This document shows, piece after piece, positions 1-12,128 of a DNA stretch of 64,000 nt. The position numbers were made by a program, and so were the translations under genes. The stretch lies in the NCBI GenBank assembly GCA_010093995.1, contig ML992510.1:1027132-1091131 (forward strand). Direction: 5' to 3'. The DNA comes from Elsinoe ampelina (taxonomy: Eukaryota). Within the stretch, counting starts at the first letter, position 1; every line of letters begins with the position of its first letter. The notes beneath the pieces were generated by a model. It was given only the letters and a program-made list of their open reading frames with translations. It was not told the origin of the DNA and ran no database searches.

Positions 1-1241
1 GGAGCTATAGGAGTAGCGTTAGCGCTACTCTACTAGTCCTTTTAGCCCTTATAGTCTTTATTATAGTAAGGCCTTTTAGTAAAAGTATTAGTCTTCTCTC
101 TAGTGTTATGCTTATACTACCCCTATATAGAGTTAAAGCGGCCCGGTAGGTTTTACTCTAAACGGGATAGATATACTAGAAGTTCTACCTTAATTAGAGG
201 TAGGTTCCTCTAATAGAGTACTTCCGAGCGTAGCTCTAGTATAGTATAGGTAATAAGCTATATATAGTAGGCGTTGTCCGGGAGTAGCGCTATCTTAATA
301 TAGAACTTATAACTATTAAGGAATATATAGAAATTAGTAATTAACTATTCTCTATACTAGCGTAATATAAAGAACTTTACTACGTAGCTATTACTATAGT
401 TTTTAGAACTCTAAGCTTAGTCCTAAAGCTAGAACTATATTAGGCTCTACGAGGGTATAATACTAGCACTCTTAGTATATAAGTCTTAATTATAGCTAAG
501 CTAACCTTTTAGGTAGCTAGTAGCTATATAGCACTAAGTAACTTCTTTAAAGTAGATATTTAGCACTATCTTAAAGACGTTATTATACATACGTATAAAT
601 TCCTTAACTCTTACTATAATAGTAAACTCTAAGGCCTTAGAGTAGTATAAGTTTAGCATACGCTCTCTTACGATTTATAGGTTTATTAGGTAAATATTGT
701 TAGGTTGTACATTGTTAAAGCAACTATATAGCACCGGCGCTATAACTAGGAAGTAACTACTAAGTATATTCTTAAGCTAAGCGATATAGGTAAGAAGCGC
801 TTCGTATATAGTATTATTTCCTGCGTCGGCTATACTTCCTATAGAAGCTATATTAGCGTAGTATAGTCTTAGCGCTAGGCCTTCCCCGGCCTAGTAATTT
901 TTAATAGGAGTTATCTCTAGAGTTATAGCTAATTCGGTAAATGTCTTACTAATAGCTAAGCTATTAGAGAGTTATCTATACTAGTACTACTCTAGTAGTA
1001 GTTAGTTATTTCGCTAGCGCTAAGTATAGGGTGCTATCTTATCTATATAGCTCTATCTAATAGAATATAAGAGAGATTAGAATTATAACGAAGGTAGAAT
1101 ATTAGAGCTAGAAAGACAAGTATATAGAAGTAGAATAGGTATTATACTAGTATACTCTTAATTATTATAAGACTAATCTCTACTCTATCTATTCTATAGG
1201 CAAGAAGTGTTTTATTCTTCTATAGAGAATAGTATCTCCGG
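1..1241 (-). mobile_element. Gypsy family A copy A'' (partial: gag and 5' LTR 1084-1241, cut by window edge and N gap)
   Basis: Reverse complement of roughly 14057-15300. Collinear with 2462-3702 but differs by many C/T and G/A transitions. Confidence 0.9.
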
Positions 1242-1981
1242 NNNNNNNNNNNNNNNNNNNNNNNNNNNNNNNNNNNNNNNNNNNNNNNNNNNNNNNNNNN
1301 NNNNNNNNNNNNNNNNNNNNNNNNNNNNNNNNNNNNNNNNNNNNNNNNNNNNNNNNNNNNNNNNNNNNNNNNNNNNNNNNNNNNNNNNNNNNNNNNNNNN
1401 NNNNNNNNNNNNNNNNNNNNNNNNNNNNNNNNNNNNNNNNNNNNNNNNNNNNNNNNNNNNNNNNNNNNNNNNNNNNNNNNNNNNNNNNNNNNNNNNNNNN
1501 NNNNNNNNNNNNNNNNNNNNNNNNNNNNNNNNNNNNNNNNNNNNNNNNNNNNNNNNNNNNNNNNNNNNNNNNNNNNNNNNNNNNNNNNNNNNNNNNNNNN
1601 NNNNNNNNNNNNNNNNNNNNNNNNNNNNNNNNNNNNNNNNNNNNNNNNNNNNNNNNNNNNNNNNNNNNNNNNNNNNNNNNNNNNNNNNNNNNNNNNNNNN
1701 NNNNNNNNNNNNNNNNNNNNNNNNNNNNNNNNNNNNNNNNNNNNNNNNNNNNNNNNNNNNNNNNNNNNNNNNNNNNNNNNNNNNNNNNNNNNNNNNNNNN
1801 NNNNNNNNNNNNNNNNNNNNNNNNNNNNNNNNNNNNNNNNNNNNNNNNNNNNNNNNNNNNNNNNNNNNNNNNNNNNNNNNNNNNNNNNNNNNNNNNNNNN
1901 NNNNNNNNNNNNNNNNNNNNNNNNNNNNNNNNNNNNNNNNNNNNNNNNNNNNNNNNNNNNNNNNNNNNNNNNNNNNNNNNN
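1242..1981. other. Assembly gap (740 N)
   Basis: Run of N. Confidence 1.
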
Positions 1982-3742
1982 GCGCTCTACTAAATCTTAG
2001 AGTTATAGAATAATAGCTATAGTAGGCCTAATATAAGATTATAACTAGTTATATTAACGCTTTTAAACCGCTAGCGTAACACCTATGTTATTCCTTTACT
2101 ATCCTTAATAGTAAAGGCTAACTTAGTATATCTATAGATAGTTAATTTATATTTATCTAAGCCGCGTACTTAGTATACTACTAGAGAGTTAATAGCGATA
2201 TAATAGCATATAGCAAAATACTAGCTAATAAAGTTACTATTAGCGCTACTATCTATTAGAGCTATCTCTTCGATAGAGCCTTTAGATAAGTTAACTATAA
2301 CGTCGGTACAAATTTAGTATATATTCTATATCGCACTAGAGCTACTTAGAATTAGTAAATATAAGAATACTATCTATTTTAAAGAGTCCTTCTAGAGATA
2401 GTTTAGCACTTAATAGTCTAGGCTCTTATAGATGTTATAAAGGTAAGTAGCACTAGGTTAAGGAGCTATAGAAGTAGCGCTAGTACTACTTTACTAGTCC
2501 TTTTAGCTCTTATAGTCTTCGTTATAGTAAGGCCTTTTAGTAAAAGTATTAGTCTTCTCTCTAGCGTTATACTTATACTATCTCTATATAGAGTCGAAGT
2601 AGCCTAGTAGGTTCTACTCTAAATAGAATAGATATACTAGAAGTTCTACCTTAATTAGAGATAGGTTCCCCTAATAGAGTACTTCTAAGCGTAGCTCTAG
2701 CGTAGTATAGGTAATAAGCTATATATAGTAGACATCGTCTAGGAGTAGTACTATCTTAATATAGGACTTATAACTATTAAGGAACATATAGAAATTAGTA
2801 ATTAACTATTCTCTACGCTAGTGTAATATAAAGAACTTTACTACGTAGCTATTACTATAGTTTTTAAGACTCTAGGCTTAGTCCTAAAGCTAGAACTATA
2901 TTAGGCTCTATAAGGGTATAACGCTAGTACTCTTAGTATATAAGTCCTAGTTATAGCTAAGCTAACCTTTTAAGTAGCTAGTAGCTATATAGCACTAAGT
3001 AACTTCTTTAAAGTAGATATTTAGTACTATCTTAAAGACGTTATTATATATATATATAAATTCCTTAACTCTTACTATAATAGTAGACTCTAAGGCCTTA
3101 AGGTAGTATAAGTTTAGTATATACTCTCTTATAATTTATAGGTTTATTAGGTAGATATTATTAAGTTATATATTATTAAAACAACTACGTAGCACTAGCG
3201 CTATAACTAGAAAGTAACTACTAAGTATATTCTCGAGCTAAGTAATATAAGTAAGAAGTGCTTTATATATAGTATTATTTCTTATATTAGCTATACTTCC
3301 TATAGAAGCTATATTAGCGTAGTATAGTCTTAGCGCTAAACCTTCCCTAGCCTAGTAATCTTTAATAGGAGTTATCTCTAGAGTTATAGCTAATTTAGTA
3401 AATATCTTACTAATAGCTAAGCTATTAGAGAGTTATCTATACTAGTACTACTCTAGTAGTAGTTAGTTATTTCGCTAGTGCTAAGTATAGAGTACTATCT
3501 TATCTATATAGCTCTATCTAATAGAATATAAAAGAGATTAGAATTATAACAAAGGTAGAATATTAAAGCTAGAAAAACAAGTATATAAGAGTAGAATAGG
3601 TGTTATGCTAGTATACTCTTAATTATTATAAGACTAATCTCTACTCTATCTATTCTATAGGCAAGAAGTGTTTTATTCTTCTATAGAGAATAGTATCTCC
3701 GGGGTAAGCTAGTATAGCATACTTACTATATTAGTCCTTATA
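1982..3742 (-). mobile_element. Gypsy family A copy A' (5' LTR 3545-3742, gag, protease), inserted in the RT region of C1
   Basis: Reverse complement of 14017-15777, including the 198-bp LTR. Sequence after 3742 matches the C2 RT region near 42795. Confidence 0.9.
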
Positions 3743-4673
3743 GTTAGTAAGGCTAAATAGTATTACTAGCTACTTAAAGTTACTTATATATATAAAGAAT
3801 ATAGTAAGGTCTTTACTATTAATAGAGTTATAGAGGTAGTAGAAGGCTTAATAAATATTAATCTTACTAAACTATTTAGCTTTATTTATACGCGTAAGTG
3901 TTTCTTTAATAAGGGATAGAAGATATATATCTCGCTTAGTTACCTTATTAAAGCTATAGTAATCGATATAAAGGCAAAGTCTACTACTTAGCTTATAAAC
4001 AAAAAGAATAGGTAAGAAGTAGCTAGCTAAGCTTAGTATAATAAAGCTCTTATTAAGGTACTTATAAATAAACTACTTTATAAGATCTAGCTCTTCTAGT
4101 AATAGGCAGTAAAGGGGCTCGGTATAGAGTAGCTTAGCGCTATTCTTTAACGTAATTTAGTTATTAAAATCTAGCCGATAGAGTAGTAGAGTATTAGATT
4201 ACTTCTTAGAGAAGATATTAGTAAATTCGTATAGTTCCTTAGGTAGGACTACTATAGAGTTTAGCTCTAGTTTAGAGCTTAGCTAGTAATAATCCTTAAT
4301 ATCCTTTACTAAGATAGTAAAAACCTTATTCTTTTAGTATTTAGCTACCGATATAAAGGTAGTAGCGCTAATAAAAGTAATAGTTAGTTCTTTCTATTTA
4401 GCTTTACTTACGTAGGTAGAAATGTAGAAGAACTTATACATTAACTAAGTACTATAGGAGATTAGCTTAAACTTCTCCTAATTTAGCTTAAAGTTCGACC
4501 TAAGGGTAAGGAGTTAATATAGTCTAGTTCGTTCTATCTTAGTAGCTAAGCTAGAACCTAAGTTATAAGTCGAACTAGAACTAAACTAGTTCTAAACTAG
4601 AATAGTAGCTTTACTAAGTTAAATTTTTAGATCCGAGCTAGGCTTAGATCTAGATTCTAGCTCTTTAATTAGC

Positions 4674-4846
4674 TATAGGGGAGACTTAGTATATAGCTCC
4701 GGCTAAGTCTATTACGTAATAAACCCTCTCTAGCTACCTTCTATATAGTCTCTAGCTACTATAAATAAAGATAGCTATTAGTTTATCTATCTATCTAGCT
4801 TATAGATATTAGTAGTTCTATACGTTACTATATATCTACCCTTATA
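4674..4846 (+). repeat. 5' LTR of E
   Basis: Direct repeat of 11956-12128. TA..TA ends are consistent with RIP-mutated TG..CA. Confidence 0.95.
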
Positions 4847-4949
4847 GTTCTAATAGCTCCCTTTAGTTATAGCCTATAGAATTACTACTATAGACAATTA
4901 AATTATATAAGATCGTTCTAATTTAGAACTTGTCTAGATAGATAGTAGT

Positions 4950-7900
4950 ATTATCGAGGACGTCTTATATTCTTAGTCGAGAATATTAGAAGAGCTAGGA
5001 GATAGTAGAGATAGCCGAGAGAGATATACTTCTACTAGTAGTAATAGTAGCTACGTAGCTATTATATTAGAAGTAATAATAGCCTAGCTAGACAAAGTTA
5101 AAAATTTAGTGTAGAACTATAATTAACTTTAATATACTAGTACTACTCTAGCTAGAGGCCGGATAACTACCGAAGCGGTTCCTTTAGTACCTCTAGGGCT
5201 AGTATTAATAGGTCTACCTACTATAGGTTAATCTATAACGCTAATAACTAGGGGGCTATTAACTAAGGCTAAGGAGCTAGAGCTATATAAGGCTAAGAGT
5301 ATCTCCGAGGCTTAGACCTTTAGAAGGAGCCTCTAGATAGTCTTTAACTACGAACTAACGTAGTTTTCTAATCTAGAGAATTTAGACTAATAACATATTA
5401 CTTACGTAGTAATATACCTTTCTCTATCTCTCTAGGAGATATAGAAACGCCTCTATACACTAGAATTAATAAACTAGTGTTATCTCTTATATAAAGGAGA
5501 CTTCTTAAGCTTCGTTAACAATTAAGTAGAAGACCCTATTAACCGAGAAATAAATATAGTTCTATTCTATTATAGCTACTACTAGAAGAATAATAAGAGC
5601 GCCTAGAAGTTCTTTAATTAATTAGTATCTCTAGAAGAGATAATCGAGCTAAAGTATAATAGTAAGTACCTAGCTTAGTACTACCTAGCTAAACTATTAC
5701 TCGATCTACGTAAGTAGATCCTATAGTTCTCTAATATACTAACTACTTATATAGAGCTTATTATATAAGCCTCTACTCTTAAGAACCTTACCTAGAGCGA
5801 AGACTATAACTAATAGAAGCGCTATAGAGCCTCCCTAGAGGCGTCCGGTAGCGATTATAGAAAGCGCTCTAGAGGCGAGAGAGAAGATAAGTAGAAGAGT
5901 AAAAGTAAGAGTAAGAGCTAGTAGAGAGGTACTTATTAGAGAGCTAGCTATTAGGCTAGTAGTAGAAACAATTCCTAAGGGAGTTTCGTAGGTAAGTGTT
6001 TCTACTATTATAAGAAAGAGTACTACGCCTACTCCTGTCCTAAGAAGCTAGATTTAAGCTAGAATAGTAGTAGCAAGAGAGGTAGTAATATTAGAAATAT
6101 AAAGGTAAAAGGTAGTACGCCTATACCTATATAACACATTATAGAACACTAGAGAAGCTTACCCTAGAGCTATAGAGCTCTTATAGTGCTTCTAGTATAG
6201 GCTTACTCGAGCCTAGTTCTTAGCTCTAATAATAAGGTTAAGGTTAAGATACTCTTAGATAATATAGCTAATATTAACGTTATTAACCTAGCGTTTATAC
6301 TCTAGTATAACTTACGAAAGATAGACGTAGAGTACTCTTAGGTAAGAGGCTTCTAGAGAAAGAAGACTTACTATTATAGCGCCTACGAAGTAGACTTACG
6401 CCTTATAGACGACACTAGAGTAATATAAGAGTCGAAAGATATTTTCTATACGTTAGAAACTAGCTCTCCTATTATCCTTAGTAGGCTATAGCGTTATAAC
6501 TAAGATATTATAATAGATAGCTATACTAACTAGTAGAGATATAGCTATAATGTTACTAGTGTTAGAGTAGTATAAGCAAAGGAGTTTATAAACCTCCTAC
6601 TCGCTAGGAACTAAGGATTTACTCTAGTAGTATCCGATATAACACTAGATACGATAGTTTAGAAGGTAGCTAGATCCTCTATAAAGGAACTACCTAGTAG
6701 AGCTATAAACCTACTACTCTACGTAAAAGAGTTTAGCGACGTATTTATTATCGACCCTATATATATATATACTATAGATAGTGTAGTATACTCTATCGAT
6801 CTAACGGAAGAGAAATAACCTCTCTTCTAACCCCTTTATAACCTCTTAGTAAAGAAACTCGTAGTACTCCGTAAGTATCTTAATAATGTACTAGCTAAAG
6901 GATAAATCTATAGGTTAGAGAGTCTAGCTAGCGCGCTAATCCTTTTCGTTCTAAAGAAAGATAGTAGTCTACGCCTATATATCGACTACTATAGCTTAAA
7001 CGCTATTACTATTAAGAATTAATACTCTTTACTCTTAATTAGCGAGACGCTTAATAGGCTAGGTAAAGTAGTAGTGTACTTTAAGCTTAATCTAAAGGAT
7101 ACGTACCACCGTATTAGAATTAAGGCTAGAGACAAGTAGAAAACTACTTTCCGAACTTACTATAGCTACTTTAAGTATATAGTTATACCTTTTAGCTTAA
7201 CTAACGCTCTAGCTACGTTCTAGACCTATATTAACTAAGCACTTACGGGGCTAGTTAACGACTTCTATATAGTGTATTTAGATAATATTCTAATCTATAG
7301 TAACTCTATAAAGAAGTACAAGAAGTACCTAGAGAAAGTACTAGAGAAGTTAAAGTAGTTCGCGTTATACGCGAACCTAAAGAAGTATAACTTCTTTAAA
7401 AAGAAAATTAAGTTCTTAGGCTTTATAGTAACTACCGAGGGAGTTATATTAGACCCCTAGAGAGTTTCTATAATTGTAGATTAGCTAACCTCTAGGAGTT
7501 ACTACGAGGTTTAGTAGTTTCTTAGCTTTGCTAACTTCTATCGAAGGTTTATCTAGAACTATTTAAAGATCGTAGGGCCCTTAATAGTGTTATTTAAGGA
7601 GTTATAGAAAGGGAAGTAATTAGCACTCTAGAAGTAGGCTACCCTAGAATAAAAGGCATTTAAGGCTATCTAGAAGGCCTTTACCGAGGCGCTAGTACTT
7701 AGGTACTATAAGCTATCTAGGCTAATTAAGATCGAGACTAATACGTCTAAGCTAGCGCTTAGAGTAATTATCTCCTAGTTAGTTCTAGTTAGGGATACTA
7801 GTAAATAGCACTCTATTACTTTTTAGTCTTATAAGCTACTCTCTATAGAATAGAACTATAAGACCTATAATTAGGAGCTTCTCTCTATTATAGAGGCATT

Positions 7901-10020
7901 TAAGTAGTAGAGATACTACTATAAGGGTACTCTAGACCTAGTCTAGGTAATTTCTAATTATAATAACCTAAGGTACTTTATAACAACGAAGCATTTAAAT
8001 AGTTACTAGGCCTAGTAGGCTATATATCTATAAGTATTTAACTTTATAATTAAGTACTACGTAGGCTCTAAGAACCTAGCGGATACTCCCTTACGTTATT
8101 TTAACCTAATAGTAGACGAGATAGGCCTTATAAATAGCCTACTAACTTTATAGTTAAAGCTAGAGGCTAGCTAGCTAGCTATAGGCGGTATAGTATAGCG
8201 GATCTATATATCCTTATTAGAACGCTTAAAGGGCGCTACTTTAGAAGAAGGCGTAGACGTAACTATCTATATAGTACACACTAGTTGTTTAGATATAAAT
8301 AAGAACTAGAGGAACTTCGAGGAGTTTTTAGAAAATAAGTCTAAATACGAAAGAGACGCTAAGGACGCTAGAGGTAGTTCTCTAGAAGCTAACTAGCCTA
8401 ACTAGCTACAAAGTAAGTAGTTAAAGCATAGAGAGGTAAGGCTATACTAATTTAGTACGATACTAAGATTAATACCTTATATCGCTACTATAGTAGTAAT
8501 AGAAGAGGAAAATCTATAGAGAGAGAGTTCTAGCAACTAGCTTCTCGAAGCTATCTATAGTCTATAGAAGCAGGATTTAATAGCGTAGTAGTACGCGAAC
8601 CTCTCTAATTAGAGAGCTAATAGAGGCTCCCTAGTATAGTATCGAAAGGGCAAACTTCTATATAAGGACGATGCTATATATATACTAGAAGATATAGTAC
8701 TCTATATAGATTTACTATAGTAGTACTATAATAAGTTTAATAGTAGTTACTTCGCTTATAATAAAATATATAAACTCTTAGCTAGAAAGTACTACTAGCC
8801 TAGTATATATTATAACGTTAATAACTACATTAAGATGTACTATATATACTAAACTATAAAGACTTAGACCTATACCCCTTATAGTAAGCTTATAAATTTA
8901 CTAATGCCTAAGGCGCTATAGAAAGAGTTAACGATAGACTTTATTATAGATATACCTCTAAGTAAGCTAAATAGCGTCGTATACGACGTAGTACTTATAG
9001 TAGTAGATTAACTTACTAAGATAGTAAAGTATATTCCGTACTAGAAGATAATTACGGCCTAGTAGCTTACTAAGCTATTTTTCGATTAAATTATACTAGA
9101 GTATAGTGTTCTAGAAGGAGTAGTATTAGACTATAGAATAGTCTTTACTATAGCCTAGTAGTAAACATTTATCTACGAATTACAATTTGTAAGGCGTTTA
9201 TTAACTACTTTCTACCCTTAAACGGATAGACAAATAGAATAACAAAATAGATCTCTAATCTAGTATCTACGCTATTATAGAGTATAGGACTAATCGGATT
9301 AGTCTTGCTAGTTAAAGATAGTAACTTACGCGGTAAATATCTTCTAGAATAAGACATTATAAATGTCCCTATTTAAGATATATACTAGTAAGGATACTAA
9401 GGGAGATCCGAATAGGGACTAAAAGTATTCCCCTTAGAGAGAGGTACTAGCTATATAAGATTATATAGCTACTCTAGTCTTAATAAGGTAGAGCTTATAG
9501 AAGCGCTAGAAGTAAGCTTAGGAGTAGTAGAAGAACTTCTATAATAAGTAGCATAAGCTAATATTCTTTAATATAGAAGATAGAGTTCTCTTATTTACTA
9601 AGAACCTAAGGCTAAAGGTAGTAAAACATAAGCTAGCGCCGAAGTACTTTAGACTATTTAAGGTGCTAAATTCCGTAGAAGTCTAGGCATACTAGTTATA
9701 GTTACTAGAGAGGTTCTATATCTACGACGTATTCTACGTCTCTTTATTTAAGCTATATAACTCCTATAGGAGTGCTAAGGTAGATCCTAGGCTAGTCGAG
9801 GTAGACGATAGTATAGAATATAAGGTAGAGTAGATCTTAAAGTATAGTTAGCGGAAAGAAGGTACGTTCCTAAAGGTGCTCTAGAAAGGCTATACCCTAG
9901 TAGAAGTAACCTAGGAACTAGAAGAGGCATTAGAGAATACCTTAGAGGTAGTAACTAAGTACTAGGCGAACGTTAGCTAGAAGGCTAATAGAAGAGTTAT
10001 AAAGAGAGTATAGAGATAAA
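4950..10020 (+). pseudogene. gag-pol of E (zinc knuckle ~5995-6040, protease ~6250, RT, RNase H, integrase, chromodomain ~9815-9970)
   Basis: Zinc-knuckle remnant (GKCF...SCP), PILFV-KK near 6935, YLD(N)ILIY at 7275. Domain order PR-RT-RH-IN-CHD. Many TAA/TAG stops. Boundaries approximate. Confidence 0.9.
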
Positions 10021-10052
10021 CATAAGTAGTATAAACTATATATTTTAAAAAT

Positions 10053-11433
10053 CTATCTACTATAACTCTCTAACTTTACGCTTAAGGTACTAACTACCTA
10101 GTCTTACTTAGTACTACTCTACTTAGTAGCGTAGAGAGTATTCTTATATATATCTTAGTAGGTAGCAACAATAGAGTTCTCTACTCTAGACCTTAGCTAT
10201 AGGTTAGCCTTATAAGCTACTAGATCCTCTATAGTCTTATTACTAAAGTTAAGCATCTTATAGGTACTAATAGTAAAGGCGTAAAGATTATCTATAGAGA
10301 GAATAGTAACGAGGAAGTGCCTAACGGCGTAGCGGTAGTTAGCTATAGCCTAATAAGCGTTACTACCTTTAGAGAGCTTAAGAGACTTAGCTAGTAGGTC
10401 GACGTAATACTAATAAGCCTTATTACTACTAAAGGACGTAAGGGAGTAAGTCTCGAGAGTAAAGTAGTTAACTACAGAACTAGCGCGAGAGCTAACTAAA
10501 TTACTAGCGGAAGCTTTATAGGCTTAGGTACTCGTAGGCAAATTACGCCTAATAGTGCTACTAGGAGATATAAAGCTCTTGTTATTACTATTAGCGTCGG
10601 CGTCGGCTATATTAGTATTATAGTTTAAGTAAGAAGAGTAGTAGATAGAGGTAGCTAGCGTAGTAGCCTAGGTGCCCTTACTAGAGAATATAGTAGGTTT
10701 CTTAGCTAGAGTAGCGAGTTTCTTAGCCTTAGGCTTCTTAGAAGTAGTAGGCTTAATAAGCTTCTTAGGCTCTAGAGACTTAGTAGCCTCCTTAGCCTTA
10801 TACTTCTTTCTATAGATGTCTATATAGAAGAGAGTTAGAGCTACTAGAAAGTCCTTACTAAAGTAGTACTATAGGCAAGTTAGTAGTAAAGAATACTCTC
10901 GATAAGGTCGACATCTATAGCGTAGAGAATAGTAGTAATATTCTTAATAGTAAGGTATAAGCTATGTATTTTAGTAACCTTAGCGCGCTCTATATTCTCT
11001 CTCTAGAGAGAGGTAATATTAGTACTAGTATAAGTGTTCTATATACCCTTAGTCTACTTATATTCCTTAATAAGGTTTATAGCCTTAATATACTTATTAG
11101 TATAGTAGTTATACTTCTCGATAGATATAAGGTTAGTAGAGTTCTAGGAGACGTAGTTATAGTACTAGATAGCGCTATAGGCGTTATTAACGTAGTCTAG
11201 TAGAATAGCATTATCGATGTTATAGTAAGCAACCTTCGCATACTTATAGTAAGTATAAGTCTTAGTAACCCCTAGGTTATAGTTATAGAAGGTATCTAGC
11301 GAATGTTAGTAGCGCCTCTAGAGAACTACTAGTAGAGTACTAAAGACTTACTAATTATATCCCCGACGTAGTTACTATAGTAGTAGTAAGGAGTAATACG
11401 TAGTAGTAGTGCCTAAGAAGCTCTAGAAGCTAT
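10053..11433 (-). pseudogene. Antisense spliced accessory gene of E, ~425 codons: Zn2Cys6-like N-terminus and Lys/Ala/Pro-rich segment
   Basis: Intron 11296-11351 has GTAAGT..CTAAC..TAG. Probable intron 10869-10918 has a RIP-altered donor. TAY codons sit at Cx2C-x11-C-x9-Cx2C-x6-C spacing across the first splice. Confidence 0.7.
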
Positions 11434-11955
11434 AGTACTTACTAAGGTATTCGAGAAGCTATATATAGAAAGGACTAACGTATTAGAGTATAAGAGGTGC
11501 CTATATAGGCGTATTTTATTTACTATATAATATAACAAATATAGAAGGTAGATCTATATACGTCGCTATCTTCTAGGAGGTAGTAGTATCGTCTAAGAAT
11601 TAACGTTATAAAGTGTCGATATATAATACTTACTTAGGACCTCTAAGGGAGTTCCGCGTAGTAAACGAACTAATCCTATACGTTTACTAAAGCGCTTATT
11701 ATTTCTTAAAGCAATAAATACTTTAGCTTATAATATAAAAGAATAGCTATTAAAGGAGAGCTACGTTTGCCTTAATATATTAGTGTCGTTAGTAAATAAA
11801 GGTATAATAGATATAGAGAGTAAATAAAGAAGCTAAGTTCTTCTCCTATATAAGAAATACTAACTTACTCTTATAGAAGAGGCTAATAATAGTAATTAGA
11901 GGCCTACGAAGAATATAGTTTAATTAAGAGTAATTAAATATAAAGAAGAGATAAT

Positions 11956-12128
11956 TATAGAGGAGACTTAGTATATAGCTCCGGCTAAGTCTATTACGTA
12001 ATAAACTCTCTCTAGCTACCTTCTATATAGCCTCTAGCTACTACGAATAAAGGTAGCTATTAGTTTATCTATCTATCTAGCTTATAGATATTAGTAGTTC
12101 TATACGTTACTATATACCTACTCTTATA
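11956..12128 (+). repeat. 3' LTR of E
   Basis: Direct repeat of 4674-4846. Confidence 0.95.

Larger units (their letters stand above)
4674..12128 (+). mobile_element. Full-length Gypsy (chromovirus-type) family E, 7455 bp, RIP-inactivated
   Basis: 173-bp LTRs at 4674-4846 and 11956-12128. TSD TTAGC at 4669-4673 and 12129-12133. Purine tract before the 3' LTR. Empty site seen in C2 near 43721. Confidence 0.95.

Noticed and set aside
1207..2013. 268-aa ORF from the ORF track
   Set aside because: It is almost entirely N gap and starts inside an LTR.
10964..11200. 78-aa plus-strand hydrophobic ORF (possible small membrane or env-like protein)
   Set aside because: It is the shadow of the antisense accessory gene of E. 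The I/L/V/S/Y richness is expected from RIP.
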